DNA of 63,587 nucleotides, the filler included, from Chiloscyllium plagiosum (taxonomy: Eukaryota), in the NCBI RefSeq assembly GCF_004010195.1. It is 4 parts of one record of this genome, joined end to end, with 100 filler letters (N's around TTAATTAATTAA, not from the genome) between each part and the next. Parts side by side here need not be neighbours in the genome. Positions count along the whole stretch, not along the records: positions 1 to 27,538 come from NC_057713.1; 3 more parts are not named here. One strand, written 5' to 3'. A program made the position numbers and the translations under genes. Every line of letters begins with the position of its first letter. Positions within the stretch are counted from its first letter, which is position 1. Below are positions 12,795-26,556 of this stretch, in pieces. The notes under the pieces were generated by a model. It worked only from the letters and a program-made list of their open reading frames with translations. It did not search any database and had not been told where the DNA came from.

Positions 12795-15745
12795 TAATGA
12801 AGAAATAGGGTCAGATGGTGTAGAATCTGTGTGGGTGGAATCGAGGAACTGCAAAGGTGAAAAACCCATAATTGGAGTTACGTACAGGCCTCTCCATACA
12901 GTAGTCAGGAGCTAGGCGCAAGGTACACTAGGAGATAGAAAATATGTGTAGAAAAGGCAAAGTTAAAGTGATCATGAGGGATTTCAATATGCAGGTGGAC
13001 TGGGAAAATCAGGTTGGTAGTGGATTGCAAGAAAAAGAATTTGTGGAATGTCTACGAGATGACTTTTTTGGAGCAGGTTGTGGTGGAGCCCACTAAGGAA
13101 CAGGCAATATTGGATTTAGTGTTATGCAATGAGGCAGACTTGATAAGGGAACTTAAGGTGAAGAAACCCTTAGAAGGCAGTGAATTTACTCTGCAATTTG
13201 AGAGGGAGAAGATCGAATCAGAGGTCACGGTATTACAGCCGAATAAAGGCAACTGCAGAAGCATGAGGGAGGAGCTGGGTAGAATTGACTGGAAGAAGAG
13301 CCTAGCAGGAAAGACAGTGGAACAGTAATGGCAGGAATTTCTGGGAGTAATTCAGGAGATACAGCAGAGATTCAGCCTGAGGAAAAAGAAGCATGGTACA
13401 AGGAGGATGAGGCAACATAACTGACTAGGGAAGTCAGGGATAGCATAAAAGAAAAAGCATATAATGTGGCAAAGGGCAGTGGGAAAGCAGAGGATAGGGA
13501 AGCTTACAAAGACCAACAGAGGGCAACAAAAAAAGAAATAAGGAGGGAGAAGATTAAATATGAGGCTAAGATAGCCAGTAATATAAAGGAATACTGTAAG
13601 AGTTTCTTTAAAATATAAAGGGAAAAAGAGAGACAAAAGTGGACATTGGATTACTGGAAAAGTACAATAGAGAGATAGTAGTGGGGAACAAGGAAATGGC
13701 TGAGGAACTGAATAATTACTTTGCATCAGTCTTCATGGTGGAAGACGAGAGTAATATCCCAAAACTTCAAGACAGTGAGGGGTCAGAGCTCACTGTGGTG
13801 GCCATCGCCAAGGAGAAGGTACTAGAAAAACTGAATGGCCTGAAGTTGGACAAACACCTGGACCAGATGGCTCCACTCCAGAGTTCTAAGGGAAACAGCT
13901 GAAGAGATAGTGGAAGTCTTAATGATGATCTTTCAGGAATCACTAGAATCAGGGAAGGTCCCAGAGGACTGGAAAATTACTGTTTAAAAAGAGAGTAAGG
14001 CAAAAGTGGAAAATTACAGACCGATTAGCACAACATCAATTGTGGGTAATATCCTGGAATCCACTGTGAAGAATGAGATTTCTGAGTACTTGGAAGTGTG
14101 TGGTAAAGTAGGGCAAAGTCAGCATGGTTTCATCAAGAGGAGGTCATGCCTGACAAATCTGCTAGAATTCTTTGAGGAAGTAACAAGCAGGCTGGACTAA
14201 GGAGAGCCAATGGATGTTATATACCTGGATTTCATGAAGGCCTTTGACAAGGTGTACTGAGTAAGATGAGGGCCCATGATGTTAGAGGCAAGGTGCTCCC
14301 ATGGATAGAAGCTTAGCTATCTGGCAGAATGCAGAAAGTGGGGATAAAAGGGTCCTTCTCAGGATGGCAGCCGGTGACAAATGGTATTCCGCAAGGCTCA
14401 GTCTTGGGACTTAACTTCTCACCTTATAATTAACGACCTAGAAACTGAAGGCATTCTGGCTAATTTTGCAGATGATATAAAGATAGGTACAAGCACAGGT
14501 AGTATTGAGGAGGTGGGTAGCAGCAGAAGGATTTGGACAGGTTAAGAGAGTGGGCAAAGAAGTACACTGTGAGAAAGTGTGAGGTCATGCACTTTGTTAG
14601 AAAGAGTAGAGACATGGGACTGTTTTCTAAATGGGGAGAAAATTCAGAAGTCTGAAGTGCAAATAGACTTGGGAGTTCTAGTCCAGGATTCTCTCAAGGT
14701 AAACTTGCAGGTTGAGTCAGTAGATGGCATTTATTTTGAGAGGACTTGAATATAAAAACAGGGATGTACTTCTGAAGCTCCACAATGCTCTGGTCAGACT
14801 ACATTTGGAGTATTGTGCAGTTTTGGGCCCCATATTTCAGGAAAGATGTACTGGCCTTGGAGCTTGTTCAAAGGAGATTNNNNNNNNNNNNNNNNNNNNN
14901 NNNNNNNNNNNNNNNNNNNNNNNNNNNNNNNNNNNNNNNNNNNNNNNNNNNNNNNNNNNNNNNNNNNNNNNNNNNNNNNNNNNNNNNNNNNNNNNNNNNN
15001 NNNNNNNNNNNNNNNNNNNNNNNNNNNNNNNNNNNNNNNNNNNNNNNNNNNNNNNNNNNNNNNNNNNNNNNNNNNNNNNNNNNNNNNNNNNNNNNNNNNN
15101 NNNNNNNNNNNNNNNNNNNNNNNNNNNNNNNNNNNNNNNNNNNNNNNNNNNNNNNNNNNNNNNNNNNNNNNNNNNNNNNNNNNNNNNNNNNNNNNNNNNN
15201 NNNNNNNNNNNNNNNNNNNNNNNNNNNNNNNNNNNNNNNNNNNNNNNNNNNNNNNNNNNNNNNNNNNNNNNNNNNNNNNNNNNNNNNNNNNNNNNNNNNN
15301 NNNNNNNNNNNNNNNNNNNNNNNNNNNNNNNNNNNNNNNNNNNNNNNNNNNNNNNNNNNNNNNNNNNNNNNNNNNNNNNCAGAATACTGAATGGCCTGGA
15401 CAGAGTAGTTGTTGGGAAGATGCTTCCATTGGTAGGAGAGACTAAGATCCAAGGGCGTAGCCTTAAGGGGAAGATCGTTTAGAATGGAGATAAGGAGAAA
15501 CTTCTTCAGCCAGTGAGTGGTGATTCTATAGAATTCATTGTCACAGAAGGCTGTGGAGGCCAGGTCATTGAGTATACCTGTATGTAAGACTGAGATAAAT
15601 AGGTTCTTGAGTATCAAGGAGATCAAGAGTTACGGGGAAGAAGCAGGACAATGGTGTTGAGAACTTACCAGCCATGATTGAGTGGCGGAGCAAACTCAAT
15701 GGGCTGACTGGCATTGTTTCTGCTCCCATGTCTTATGGTCTTAAT
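12795..15745 (+). mobile_element. Long degenerate CR1 ORF2 (endonuclease to RT to 3' tail), spanning an N gap
   Basis: Motifs DFN, ILDLV, YRPIS, QHGF, YLDF and FADD occur in order, with stops and frameshifts. Confidence 0.9.
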
Positions 15746-16460
15746 AATACTGGAGCCGATCTCTAGTCAGTCAAATGTTTACTCACAAAGTGAAATATTA
15801 TAGGCATACACCTTCTGTCTCAATGATATCACAGTTTCAGTTATCTGTTTAAGGGAAATCTCAATTAATGCTCTCTACCCCATTTAATTAAACACAATTG
15901 ACATACAATTAGTAAAACCTAAAACAGGCTCAGAAAACACAAATATGACACTGCCAGCCTTGACAATCACACCTCTTGAATTAGAAGGTTGTGAGACGCA
16001 CTTTAGCATCCGACGCTCGAGACCTAAGTATAAAATCTGGCTGACACAGGAGTGTCAGAGTCCCATCTTTTGGATGAGGTAGTAAACCAGGGCTCTGGTC
16101 CACCTTGTCAACTTACATGAAAGTCCCATACCATTATAAGAAAGCGCAGTGGAGATCTTGCTCGTAATATTGCCACTTTAATCCCATAACTAGAAAAGGA
16201 TATCTGATTATTATCACACTTATTTTTGGCATGTTACTATGTACAAATTTGATTCTATAGTTTCTATATTTATGATTGTGATTATACGTCAAAACTATTT
16301 CAGTACTTACAAAGCAGTTTAGAATACTAAGTTTGAAAAGTACAATCTAAAAAAAGCATAGGCATATGGTAATTCAGGACAAGTCAGATCTCAGAGTGAA
16401 ACTTGACTTCATGGATCATAGGATTTGTTTTTTGCAACTTGCTTACCATTGTGGTCAGTC

Positions 16461-16748
16461 ATTAGATTAGATTAGATTCCCTACAGTATGGAAACAGGCC
16501 CTTCGGCCCAACAAGTCCACACTGATCCTCCGAAGAGTAAGCCACCCAGACCCTATATTTACCCTTGACTAACGTCCCTAAACGCAATGGGAAATTTAGC
16601 ATGGCTAATTCATCTGACTTGCACATGTTTGGATTGTGTGAAGAAATTGGAGCACCTGGAGGAAACTCATGCAGACATGGGGAGAATGTGCAAACTCCAC
16701 ACAGACAGTCGCCTGAGGTGAGAATCAAACCCAGGTCCCTGTCACTGG
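16461..16748 (-). mobile_element. HE1 SINE, 5'-truncated
   Basis: (attag)n tail and HE1 body. Confidence 0.85.
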
Positions 16749-18789
16749 TGAGAATATTAAAGATATTCTCACAAGACTGCCAAAGTTCATTTCACAATCA
16801 AACCTTCTCCAACCAAAATTCTTTATAGAGACACTCAAACCTAGTAAAGTATCATTCCATCTTAATTCCTTAATTTCTTATTTAACTGATGAGATTGCAA
16901 GCATATCCTTTGGCAAATTTCTACATGTTCACTGGATATGATTGTTTCCATTACTGTCTTCCTCTGAGATACAGTCACTGACTTCGATAACTTTTCCTAA
17001 CCAACCTTTAAGAAAATTTTATCTATCTATTTTAACTGCTAAAATAAAAGACTTCTCTCTGACTTTGAAAGCTTGGACTGTGTCATGACCATGTATTATA
17101 AATCTGAATCACCTACTGACAGAGTAAGCTTTAGCTATAACGTTTTAAAAGGACATACACCCAAATGTTGACTACAAATGTATATTCAGTGCCTGTCTGG
17201 AGAGATATATAGTAGAATGTCATACCTGATGAAGTGTCAAGGACGCTTCGATGGGAATAGACATAAAAGGGGAGAAAATGCACTACAGACTAAATTGTAA
17301 TCTCCTACGTGCATCTCAGACTGTGACCATGATGTTAAAAAAGAAAGCAGTCTGTGCAAGCAATATAGTTGCATCTTCCATTTTGAAGAATACACAGAGA
17401 CAGGGTTTAGTGGCCTTCCGTCCTGCTGTATGGAGGAGCATACTGTGAAGGTCACAGCTTTGATAACAGTTCTAAGAATCCCTGCAATGCAAGTAAAGAA
17501 AGAGAAAATGTTTCTCTCACTCTGAATGCTGGAAGCCAACTAGCCACCAAGCCAGTCAAAAGGAACCAGGATCACAGAAGGACTCCCCTGCTTTGAGTGC
17601 TGGGAACCAGCTACCCAGCAGCCATTGTTGAAAGGAACCAGGACAAAATAATGTCAATTAACCTGCAAAACATAAGGACACCTAAATCTCTATCTTGGAG
17701 TTCTGTACAATCCATGGCTACCTAGATAATAAGCTATGTTTTTAGCCTTACTGCCAGAGTGGACAATTTTATATTTTGTCATATTTTGACCCATTTGCCA
17801 CATATTTGCCAACTCATTTACTTTATCAATATTATTTTTTAATCTCTTTGTGTCCACGTTTAACTTTGCTACCTAACTTTTCTGTTGTCAGCAAATTTGG
17901 CAATCATACCTTCTAATAGGTGGGAAAATAAACAGTATCAGTTTTCTGTAATCACAAATATGTATTATAGCTAGGAAATGTAATGTTGTGATTGGATAAT
18001 ATAATCATATGTAATAGTTTAGACATGACTGGATATATAGTCATGTGTACGTGAACTCTGCAAACACAGTTGGATGGAGATATAGGGAGTAATTGTGTAA
18101 CCTTCTGACTGAAAATTGTTATCTGTAGCAATAGATGACTAGAAGCTTGTTATCTGTAAAACTGATATAAAATATACATCCTTATAATAGAGTTTTGGCT
18201 GTATGTCATTTTCTTGAAGCATATATCTCCCATACATACATGAATAACAACAAAGGACACTGTGTCTCATCTGGTTTCAGATGAAATAAAGGGTTAAACA
18301 CACCCTTACACTTACATTCCTTCATCTTAAATTATTGATATAAACTGCAAACAGTTGAGGTACCAGAAATGATCCTTGTAGCTTACCACTGATCACGTCT
18401 TGCTAACCCAAAAAGGACTGATTGACATCTACTCTTGGTTTGTTGTTAATTAGCAAATCTTGCATCTGCCAATATGCTAGCCCCATATTATGAGCTTTAA
18501 ATTTCTGTGACAAAATTTGATGTGGCACCTTATCAAATACTTTCTGGAAATCTAAGTACTGTATTGCCATCCACTGGTTCCTGGCCACTCATTTAACCTG
18601 CATATATCTGCAGACTCTTTGTGCCATCCTCACCACTTGCCTTCCACCTACTTTAGTGTCATCCAAAATCTTAGTGATAGTACATTCACTTCTCTCATCC
18701 AAGTTATTATTGTAAATAATTATGGCCCCAGCGGCATTCCTTTAGTTACATGCTGTCATCCTGGATTTTCATTTTTATTCACTCATGGG

Positions 18790-20190
18790 ATGTGGGTATT
18801 GCTTTATTGTCCATTCCTAGTTGCCTTTGAGAAAGTAGTGGTCAGCTGCCTCTGTGAAACACTGCAGTCCATGTGCTATAGGTATGTGCTGAGGAAGGAA
18901 TTCCAGGATTGTATCCTAACACCACCAAAGGAATGGCAGTGTATTTCCAAGTCTGGATGGTGAGTGGCTTGGAGATGGTGGTTTTCCCATGCATCTGCTG
19001 TAATTGACCTTCTAGATGGAAGTGGACGTGGGTTAGGAAGGTGCTGTTTTAGAATCTTTGGTGAAATTTCTGCAATGCATCTTGTAGATAGTACACACCG
19101 TTGCTACAGTGCATTAATGGTGACAGAGTGGATGTAGTTCCAATCAAGTGGGTTGCTTTGTCCTTATGGTGTCAAGCTTCTTGTGTTGTTGGATCCAGGC
19201 TGGTAGGGAGTATTCTAACACAGTCCTGACTTGTATTTTGTAATTGGTGGACAGGCTTTGGGGAATCAGGAGGTGAATTACTTGCTGCAGTATTCCTAGC
19301 TTCTGACATTTAGCCAATATTTGTGTGGCAAGTTCAGGTGAATTTGTGGTCAATGGTAACCCCCAAGAAATTGACAGGGGGGATTCAGTGATGGTAATAT
19401 CATTGAATGTCAAGGGACCATGGTTAGATTCTCTCTTATTGGAAATTGTCAGTACCTGGTATTTATGAGGCACTGAAAATATTTGCCACTTTTCAACCCA
19501 AACCTGGATATTTTGGGGCGGCCCGGTGGCACAGTGGTTAGCACTGCTGCCTCACAGCACCAGAGACCCGGATTCAATTCCCACCTCAGGCAACTGTCTG
19601 TGTGGAGTTTGCACATTCTCCCTGTGTCTCCGTGAGTTTCCTCCGGGTGCTCCGGTTTCCTCCCACAGTCCAAAAATGTGCAGGTTAGGTGAATTGGCCA
19701 TGCTAAATTGCCCGTAGTGTTAGGTGAAGGGGTAAATGTAGGGGAATGGGTCTGGGTGGGTTGCTCTTCGGAGGGTCAGTGAGGACTTGTTGGACCGAAG
19801 GGCCTGTTTCCACACTGTAACTAATCTAATTGTCCAGATATTGTTGCATTTGAACATGGACTGCTTCCGAAGAATTGCAGATGGTGCTGAACATTGTGCA
19901 ATCATTGTTGAACATTCCCATTTCTGACCTAATGAAACAGCTGAAGATGGTTAGGTCCAGACATTCCATGAGAAATTGCTACAGTGATGTCCTGGAAATT
20001 AAATGACTAACCTTCCATAACCATAATTATCTTGCTCTGTGTCACATATAGCTACTCAGAGGAGTTTTCTCCCTGATTCCTATTGACTATTTTGTCAGTG
20101 CTCCTTGATTCCACGCTGGGTCAATGCAGCCTTGATGTCAAGTGCAGTCACTCGCACCTCACCTCTGGAGTTCAATTCTTTTGTCCAGAG
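18790..20190 (-). mobile_element. Older LINE fragment carrying an HE1 insertion
   Basis: YKIQVRTVLEYSLPAW in ORF 19144-19473; same family as 3895-4455. Confidence 0.7.
19516..19830 (+). mobile_element. HE1 SINE, full length
   Basis: GGTGGCACAGTGGTTAGCACTGCTGCCTCACAG, box B, and ctaatctaat tail. Confidence 0.93.
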
Positions 20191-20736
20191 ATGTCTTTCA
20201 AAGATGGTTGACCTTCAATAACAACAGCCATTCTCATATGTACCAGGTATGACTCCAACAAATGCTGCATACCCCTTTGTTCCAATTCTCTGTCTTCTAT
20301 TAATTAATAATTCCCTATATATACTAATAATAGGTGGAGGCAGGTTCAGGTGAGGAATTCAAGAAAATATTGGATTATTTGGATAGAAATAGTGTGCAAG
20401 GGTATGAGGAAAAGGCAGGAGATTAGTATTAGGTAATGATGCTCAATTGAAGAGCCCATAGAGGCACGATTGGCCAGATCTGTAACAATTCTGTGATACT
20501 ACTCCCAACACCATGAGCTTTTACAAAGTAGCCTAATGTGTGGTAGTTATTCAAATACCTTTTGGAAATCCAAATATATTACACCTACTGGTTTCCCTTT
20601 ATCTATGCTGCTTGTTACCTCATAGAATAAAATCATAGAACCCCTACAGAGCAGATAGAGGCCATTCTGCCCATCAAACCTGTACCAACCCTCTGAAAAA
20701 CCGCGTTTACCATGGCTAATCCACCAAGTCTGCACA

Positions 20737-21127
20737 TAGAGTCATAGGGATGTACATCACAGAAACAGATCCCTTGGTACAACACATCCGTGCCGACCAG
20801 ATATCCTAAATTAATCTAGTCCCATTTGCCAGCACTTGGCCCATATCCCTCTAAACCCTTCCTATTCATATACCCATCCAGATGTCTTTTAAATGTTGTA
20901 ATTATACTCGCCTCCACCACTTGCTCAGGCAACTCATTCCATACACGCACCACACTTTGCGTGAAAAAGTTGCCCCTTAGGTCTCTTTTATATCTTTCCC
21001 CTTTCACCCTAAACCTATGCCCTCTAGTTCTGGACTCGCAATGCCAGGGAAAAGACTCTGTCTACTTATCCTATCCTTGCCCCTCATTATTTTGTAAATC
21101 TCTATAAGGTCATCCCTCAGCCTCCTC
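20737..21127 (-). mobile_element. CR1/HER1 3' fragment, inserted after a partial SINE tail (20630-20735)
   Basis: RGNFFTQSVVRVWNELP. Confidence 0.9.
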
Positions 21128-21159
21128 CATAAGGATTTGGAATGACTGTCCCAACCTTT

Positions 21160-22100
21160 CTTATTTTTATTTCAAAAATATACTTTATTCATAAAATACT
21201 TTGATGATCTGTACAACTGGACATGCCATACATATGTAAACATTCCATTTATTTGCATACCGAAAACCGTAAATTCCTATTTACAGGTCTGTACGATTAC
21301 ATTTTTAGCTGAGGCGTCAGCAGAGCCCAAATGACTGCGCGGGCCCCCTGTTCTTCTTTAGGCAGGCAGATGTTACACGGTGGTCTTTCCCCATCACGCC
21401 TTGGCGGCAGCTGCCCCAAGCTTCAGCGCGTCCCTCAACACGTAGTCCTGGACCTTGGAATGTGCCAGTCTGCAACACTCAGTCGGGGTCAACTCCTTCA
21501 GCTGGAAGATCAACAGGTTTCGGACCGCCCAGAGAGCGTCCTTCACCAAGTTGATGATCCTCAAGGTACAGTTGATGTTCGTCTCGATGTGCGTCCCGGG
21601 GAACAGGCCGTAGAGCACGGAGTCCCGCGTCACGGCGCTGCTCGGGACGAACCTCGACAAACACCATTGCATTCCTCTCCAGACTCCTTCTGCTTAGGTA
21701 CATTCTAGAAGGAGGTGTGTGATAGTCTCGTCCCCCCCGCAGCCGCTTCGAGGGCAGCGTGCGGTGCGGCTGAGAGTCCGGGCGTGCATAAAGGATCTCA
21801 CAGGCAGAGCCCTTCTCACCACCAGCCAAGCCATGTCTTGGTGCTTGTTGGAAAGTTCTGGCGATGAGGCATTCTGCCAAATGGCTTTGACAGTCTGCTC
21901 AGGGAACCATTCGATAGGATCCGCCCTCTCCTTTTCCTGAAGGGTCTCAAGTACACTATGTGCTGACCACTTCCTGATGGACTTGTGGGCGCTATGTGCC
22001 TGTCTGCAGCACTCAGTTGTCCACAGCTTGGGTGGATTGGGTTGATGGTCCTCCAGCAGTTGTTTGTTTTGGTGCAAGTCACTGGGGACTAAACTCCTCA
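21160..22100 (-). mobile_element. Tx1-type (L1 clade) non-LTR retrotransposon 3' end
   Basis: zf-RVT-like W..RALPVR..CPRSGCGGDETITHLLLEC, a C-terminal INLVKDALWAVRN, and a 3' AATAAA with A-rich tail near 21160-21190. Confidence 0.85.
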
Positions 22101-22169
22101 TCTCCTTTGCAGCCCTGCTTGCAAAGGCAGATTCCAGAGTGGAGAGGCAATGGTAAATAGGATAAAGCT

Positions 22170-22431
22170 TTATATTTCGCCGCATCAGTGGGACAAGGCC
22201 TCGATAGACTTGTGAAAGCAAATACAGTGTTTGACGAGGGTGAAGTGAGAGCAGCACATGCGCATTGCGTTGTACGGCAGCTCCCTCGGAAGCGGGAAAC
22301 ACGAAGTGACCGAGCGGCGACATTTTATCACCGTCCGCCGGGAGGCCGGGCCCACCTGGAACCGCGGGCTTAGATCATGTCCAGGCAGCCAGGTACCTCT
22401 CTCCAGGAGGCTAGACTGACAGGCGATTGAA
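22170..22431 (+). promoter_or_regulatory. RAD54B promoter and 5' UTR (CpG-rich)
   Basis: NRF1-like CATGCGCA (22257-22264), ETS CGGAAG, canonical E2F GCGGGAAA (22292-22299) and YY1-like GCGACATTTT (22317-22326), all directly upstream of the ATG. Confidence 0.7.
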
Positions 22432-22551
22432 ATGCGGAGGTCTGCAGCTCCGAGTCAGCTCAGCGGCAACGCAGCTAAAAGGTTCAAGTTTATCCCCCCC
22501 GGGGTCAGGGGGCCTGCTTCAGCAACCGCCAGTCTCCCCGCAAGGAGTCAG
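22432..22551 (+). CDS. RAD54B: RAD54B first coding exon (too short for the ORF track)
   Basis: Translates MRRSAAPSQLSGNAAKRFKFIPPGVRGPASATASLPARSQ, matching the vertebrate RAD54B start MRRSAAPSQLQGNSFKKPKFIPPG. Donor CAG|GTACAA, phase 0. An FSBP-like exon downstream fits known synteny. Confidence 0.9.
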
Positions 22552-24116
22552 GTACAATCTAAATTAAATTAAAATGTACCTGCAGTCTGTTTCGAGTTTG
22601 TCGCTTAGCTGTCACAGGCTTGTTGTGGTAACCGCTGCTGATGTGGACACGTCTGCAAAACTTTAATTCCCATCATTGTGGCCGGGGAGCACCACAGGCA
22701 GTATCTTATGCAATCTACAGACTAACTGTGAGTTTATGAAGACCCCATGCTGCGCTCTGTGATCCTACTCTATGTGTAGCTCTCTAGGAACATTAATTTA
22801 TTCCAGTTTTCCTTTTGGCTGCAGGGACGTCATAGTTGGCTTCAAGTTAGGAGGAGAAGGTATCCAAAGTTAGTCTTTTAATATTAATTAGTATTCACTC
22901 ACTGAGGCTTTATATTTGGTGATGAACAGGCTTAAGCCTTGTTTCTGGAGCTTTGTCCCCCAGCCTCATCATCGTCAAGTTTGCTGTTTTACCTTCAATG
23001 GACTATTGCAGATAACTGATGCAGCCATTCATTACGGGACCTAGCAGCAACACGTTGTTGGGTCAGGCTTTCTTGCCAAACTGCTTACTCTTTAATGAAC
23101 ATTCTGTAATATAAAGTTAATTCCAGGCTTATTTTCTCCACTACAAACCGCTTTCTTACATGCCTCACTTCCAATGATAACTATGAGACATTCAATTTCT
23201 GCCTTGTCTCTAAGAGCACGGCTCCTTCAGGTAGCGAGTGGGGCAGGATCATAGGATACAGAATTTATGGCAGAGGATCAAAGTGTCATACAGTTTGTGA
23301 TGCAATGTATTGAACAAAGCTAGATTGTTCTTAAGTCTATAGTCACTTAGAATGGGGTTGCAGGTTTCAATTAATGAATATGTAAATCTCAGAACTTCTT
23401 TCAAGTCACATTCCTGAGATAATTTAAGGTTTTATGTAAAATAAAAGTGGCATCTCAGCTCAGACATTAAAGGTGTGAGGACCATTGGTCTTGCAGCAGA
23501 CATGGAGGAATTCATCAGACGAATGAGACTCTGGAGATTCTTCCAAGATGTTGGCAATGAGCCCAATGAGACAACCGACGAGCTGGAACAATCACCAGAG
23601 AGATCCGTAGTGGAGCGACCAAAGAATGAGTCAATTTGGATCCATCCGGAGGGCCGTTGCCCTGGGCTTGACACATTTGTTCAAATTGTCAGGAAATGTG
23701 TAAATGCCAGATTCATCAGCTGCAATCACAAGGTATAGCAAAACATCATCTGAACGCAATGCAACACCATCCATGCTTTTGAGATCAATCACAACATTGT
23801 CATCAAACCAGCAGACAAAGAAGGTGCCATCGTCATTCAGAATAGAACAGACTACTGCAAGGAAGTATACTGACAACTGAACAACTAGGAACATGACAGG
23901 CTACTACCAGTCGATTCAACCAAAGAACACGCCCATGAACTAAACAGATTGATAAAGACATTTGATCCAGTCTTTAAAGGTACCCTATGACTCTCATCTC
24001 AAGTGCTTCTCGTATAGGGGACTTCTGTTGCCTTCCGAAGATACACAAAGCCAAAACATCTGGTCATTCCGTCATATCAGGCAACGGCGCCCTGTGTGAG
24101 ATTCTCTCTTGGTATG

Positions 24117-24204
24117 GAAGTGAGGTCTGCAGATGCTGCCTGACCAGCTGCGCTTTTCCAGCAGATGCTGCCTGACCTGCGCTTTTCCAGCAACACATTT
24201 TCAG
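24117..24204 (+). mobile_element. Mini PLE-terminus insertion with 13-bp TSD
   Basis: ctctcttggtatg is duplicated at 24104-24116 and 24205-24217 around a tandem gatgctgcctgacc..gcgcttttccagca. Confidence 0.75.
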
Positions 24205-24645
24205 CTCTCTTGGTATGTCAAGGGTATAGAAAACACATTGTACATGGGACCCCTAGCTCCTGTTGCGACACGATAGATTTCTTACAGAAACGCAGCACCC
24301 ACGGACCAGTCGAACCTGGAAGATTCCTTGTCACAATGAATGTTTTGGCATTCTACACCAGTATCCCCTATGACAACAGCATTGCTGCAACAGCCTCAGC
24401 ACTCGATACTAACAACTGCCAATCTCCAGGCACCATTCTACAACTTGTTTGCTTTATCCCCGATCACAACGTCTTCACCTTTGACAACCAGTTCTTCATC
24501 CAGACTCATGGAACAGCCATGGGAACCAAATTTGCACCCCAATATGCTAACATTTTCATGCACGAGTTCAGACAAGACTTCCTTGCTGCACAGGGCCTCT
24601 AACGAATACAATGCACCAGATATATTGGCGACATTTTCTTTTTTT

Positions 24646-24971
24646 TTAGATTACATTTTCTTTTTTTTTAGATTACATTACAATGTGGAAACAGGCCCTT
24701 TGGCCCAACAAGTCCACACCAACCCACCGAAGCGCAACCTGCCCATACCCCTACATTTACCCCTTACCTAACGCTACGGGCAATTTAGCATGGCCAATTC
24801 ACCTGACCTGCACATCTTTGGACTGTGGGAGGAAACCGGAGCACCCGGAGGAAACCCACGCAGACACTGGGAGAACGTGCAAACTCCACACAGTCACCTG
24901 AGGCGGGAATTGAACCCGGGTCTCTGGCGCTGTGAGGCAGCAGTGCTAACCACTGTGCCACCGTGCCGCCC
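24646..24971 (-). mobile_element. HE1 SINE, full length, young
   Basis: GGGCGGCACGGTGGCACAGTGGTTAGC start with CpGs retained. Confidence 0.93.
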
Positions 24972-25849
24972 ATTCTCTGGAGACAACTACACAGTGATAT
25001 CAACAAGTTTAATACCACCATCAGACTTGCCATGGATTACTGTTTATTCTCATTCTTGAATATAAGCATCTCCATCAAGGAGGGCTGCTCAGTACTTCAT
25101 GATGCTGCAAGTCCACGGATAACCTCATGATGCTGCACTTCTCTAGCTTCCACTCCAAACATATTAAAACAGCTATCCTCCACACATAAGCTCTATGCAT
25201 ACACAGGATCTGCTCAGATGAGGAGGAACGTGACAGTTGAGCATCTCCTCATAACAACAGGATATCACCAGTTCCCAAGTGCCACAGCGAGAAACCATAA
25301 TCTCCTCCTCAGGAGACAGACACTAGAGACGACCAGTAAGGTACCCTTTGTTGTCTAGTATGTCCTGGGAGTGGAGAAACTATGCAGCCTGCAACACATT
25401 ATCGATGAGGATAAGCACCTCGCCAGGATCTTCCTTACGCTTCCACTTCTCTCCATTAAACAACCGCCAAACCTTAGACAGACCATTGTTTGTAGCAAAC
25501 TGCCCAGCCTTCAGGACAATATCGATCACAACATCATACATGTCATGTCATGGCAACCACTGCAAGACATGTCAGAGTGTCAACATGGATGCTACTATTA
25601 CATGTGGGGACGCCACCCACCACATGCACGGCAGGTACTCATGTGACTCTGCCAATGTTGTCTATCTCATACGCTGCAGGCAAGGATGTCCTGAGGCATG
25701 GTACATTGGCAAGACCAAGTAGACGCTATGACAATGGATGAATGGACACCGTTCAGCAATCGCCAGACAGGGATGTTCCCTCCCAATTGGGGAACACTTC
25801 AGTGGTCAAGGACTTTTGGCCTTAGATCTTTGGGTGACCACCCTCCAAG

Positions 25850-26228
25850 GAGAAAGTGAGGACTGCAGATGCTGGAGATCAGAGCTGAAAAATGTGTTGC
25901 TGGAAAAGCGCAGCAGGTCAGGCAACATCAAAGGAGCAGGAGAATCGAAGTTTCGGGCATAAGCCCTTCTTCAGGAATGAGGAGGGTGTGCTAAGCAGGC
26001 TAAGATAAAAAGATAGGGAGGAGGGACTTGGGGGAGGGGGGGTGCGTTGGGAATGCGATAGATGGAAGGAGGTTAAAGTGAGGGTGATAGGCCGGAATGG
26101 GGGTCGGGGCGGAGAGGTCGGGAAGAAGATGACCTGCAAACTTCTTCCCAACCTCTCCGCCCCCACCTTCTCTCTGGCCTATCACCCTCACCCTTAACCT
26201 CCTTCCACCTATCGCATTCCCAACGCCC
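25850..26228. mobile_element. PLE 3' terminal fragment with internal inversion
   Basis: Minus-strand terminus with a hammerhead core at 25942-25978; about 26040-26125 is inverted at about 26142-26228. Confidence 0.75.
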
Positions 26229-26521
26229 CAGGATGGCCTGAACTGGCAACTCTGGTTCCTGTCACACTAGAGGTAACCCCACTACATTATACACTTTACG
26301 CACAAACATGCACGCGCACACACACACACACACACGTCTATGGGATGCATTTGTATTTGCAGATATACTCTGTTTTGTTCAAAAAGCACACAATCTGTAC
26401 GCAGTCAGTCCATCTGACATTTTATTGAACCAGTCTGACTCAGTGGTTTGGAGGTGCTGGTATTGGACTGGGGTGTACAAAGTTAAACATCAAACAAGCT
26501 TTCGGAGCGCTGCTGATGAAC

Positions 26522-26556
26522 CACCTGATGAAGGTGCAGCGCTCCGAAAGCTAGTG
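26522..26556 (+). ncRNA. Minimal type-I hammerhead ribozyme motif (PLE-associated)
   Basis: CAC-CTGATGA-A-GGTGC-AGC-GCTCC-GAAA-GCTA-GTG: intact core, stem I CAC/GTG, stem II with one mismatch, and palindromic AGCT as stem III. Confidence 0.65.

Noticed and set aside
14724..15626. Long ORFs across the gap (also 28078-28803)
   Set aside because: They consist of N-derived X residues.
17913..18300. LTR-like insert with AATAAA ending in ACA
   Set aside because: No convincing 5' TG boundary or TSD.
19516..19600. tRNA-like sequences
   Set aside because: They are HE1 SINE heads followed by a SINE body and tail, not tRNA genes.
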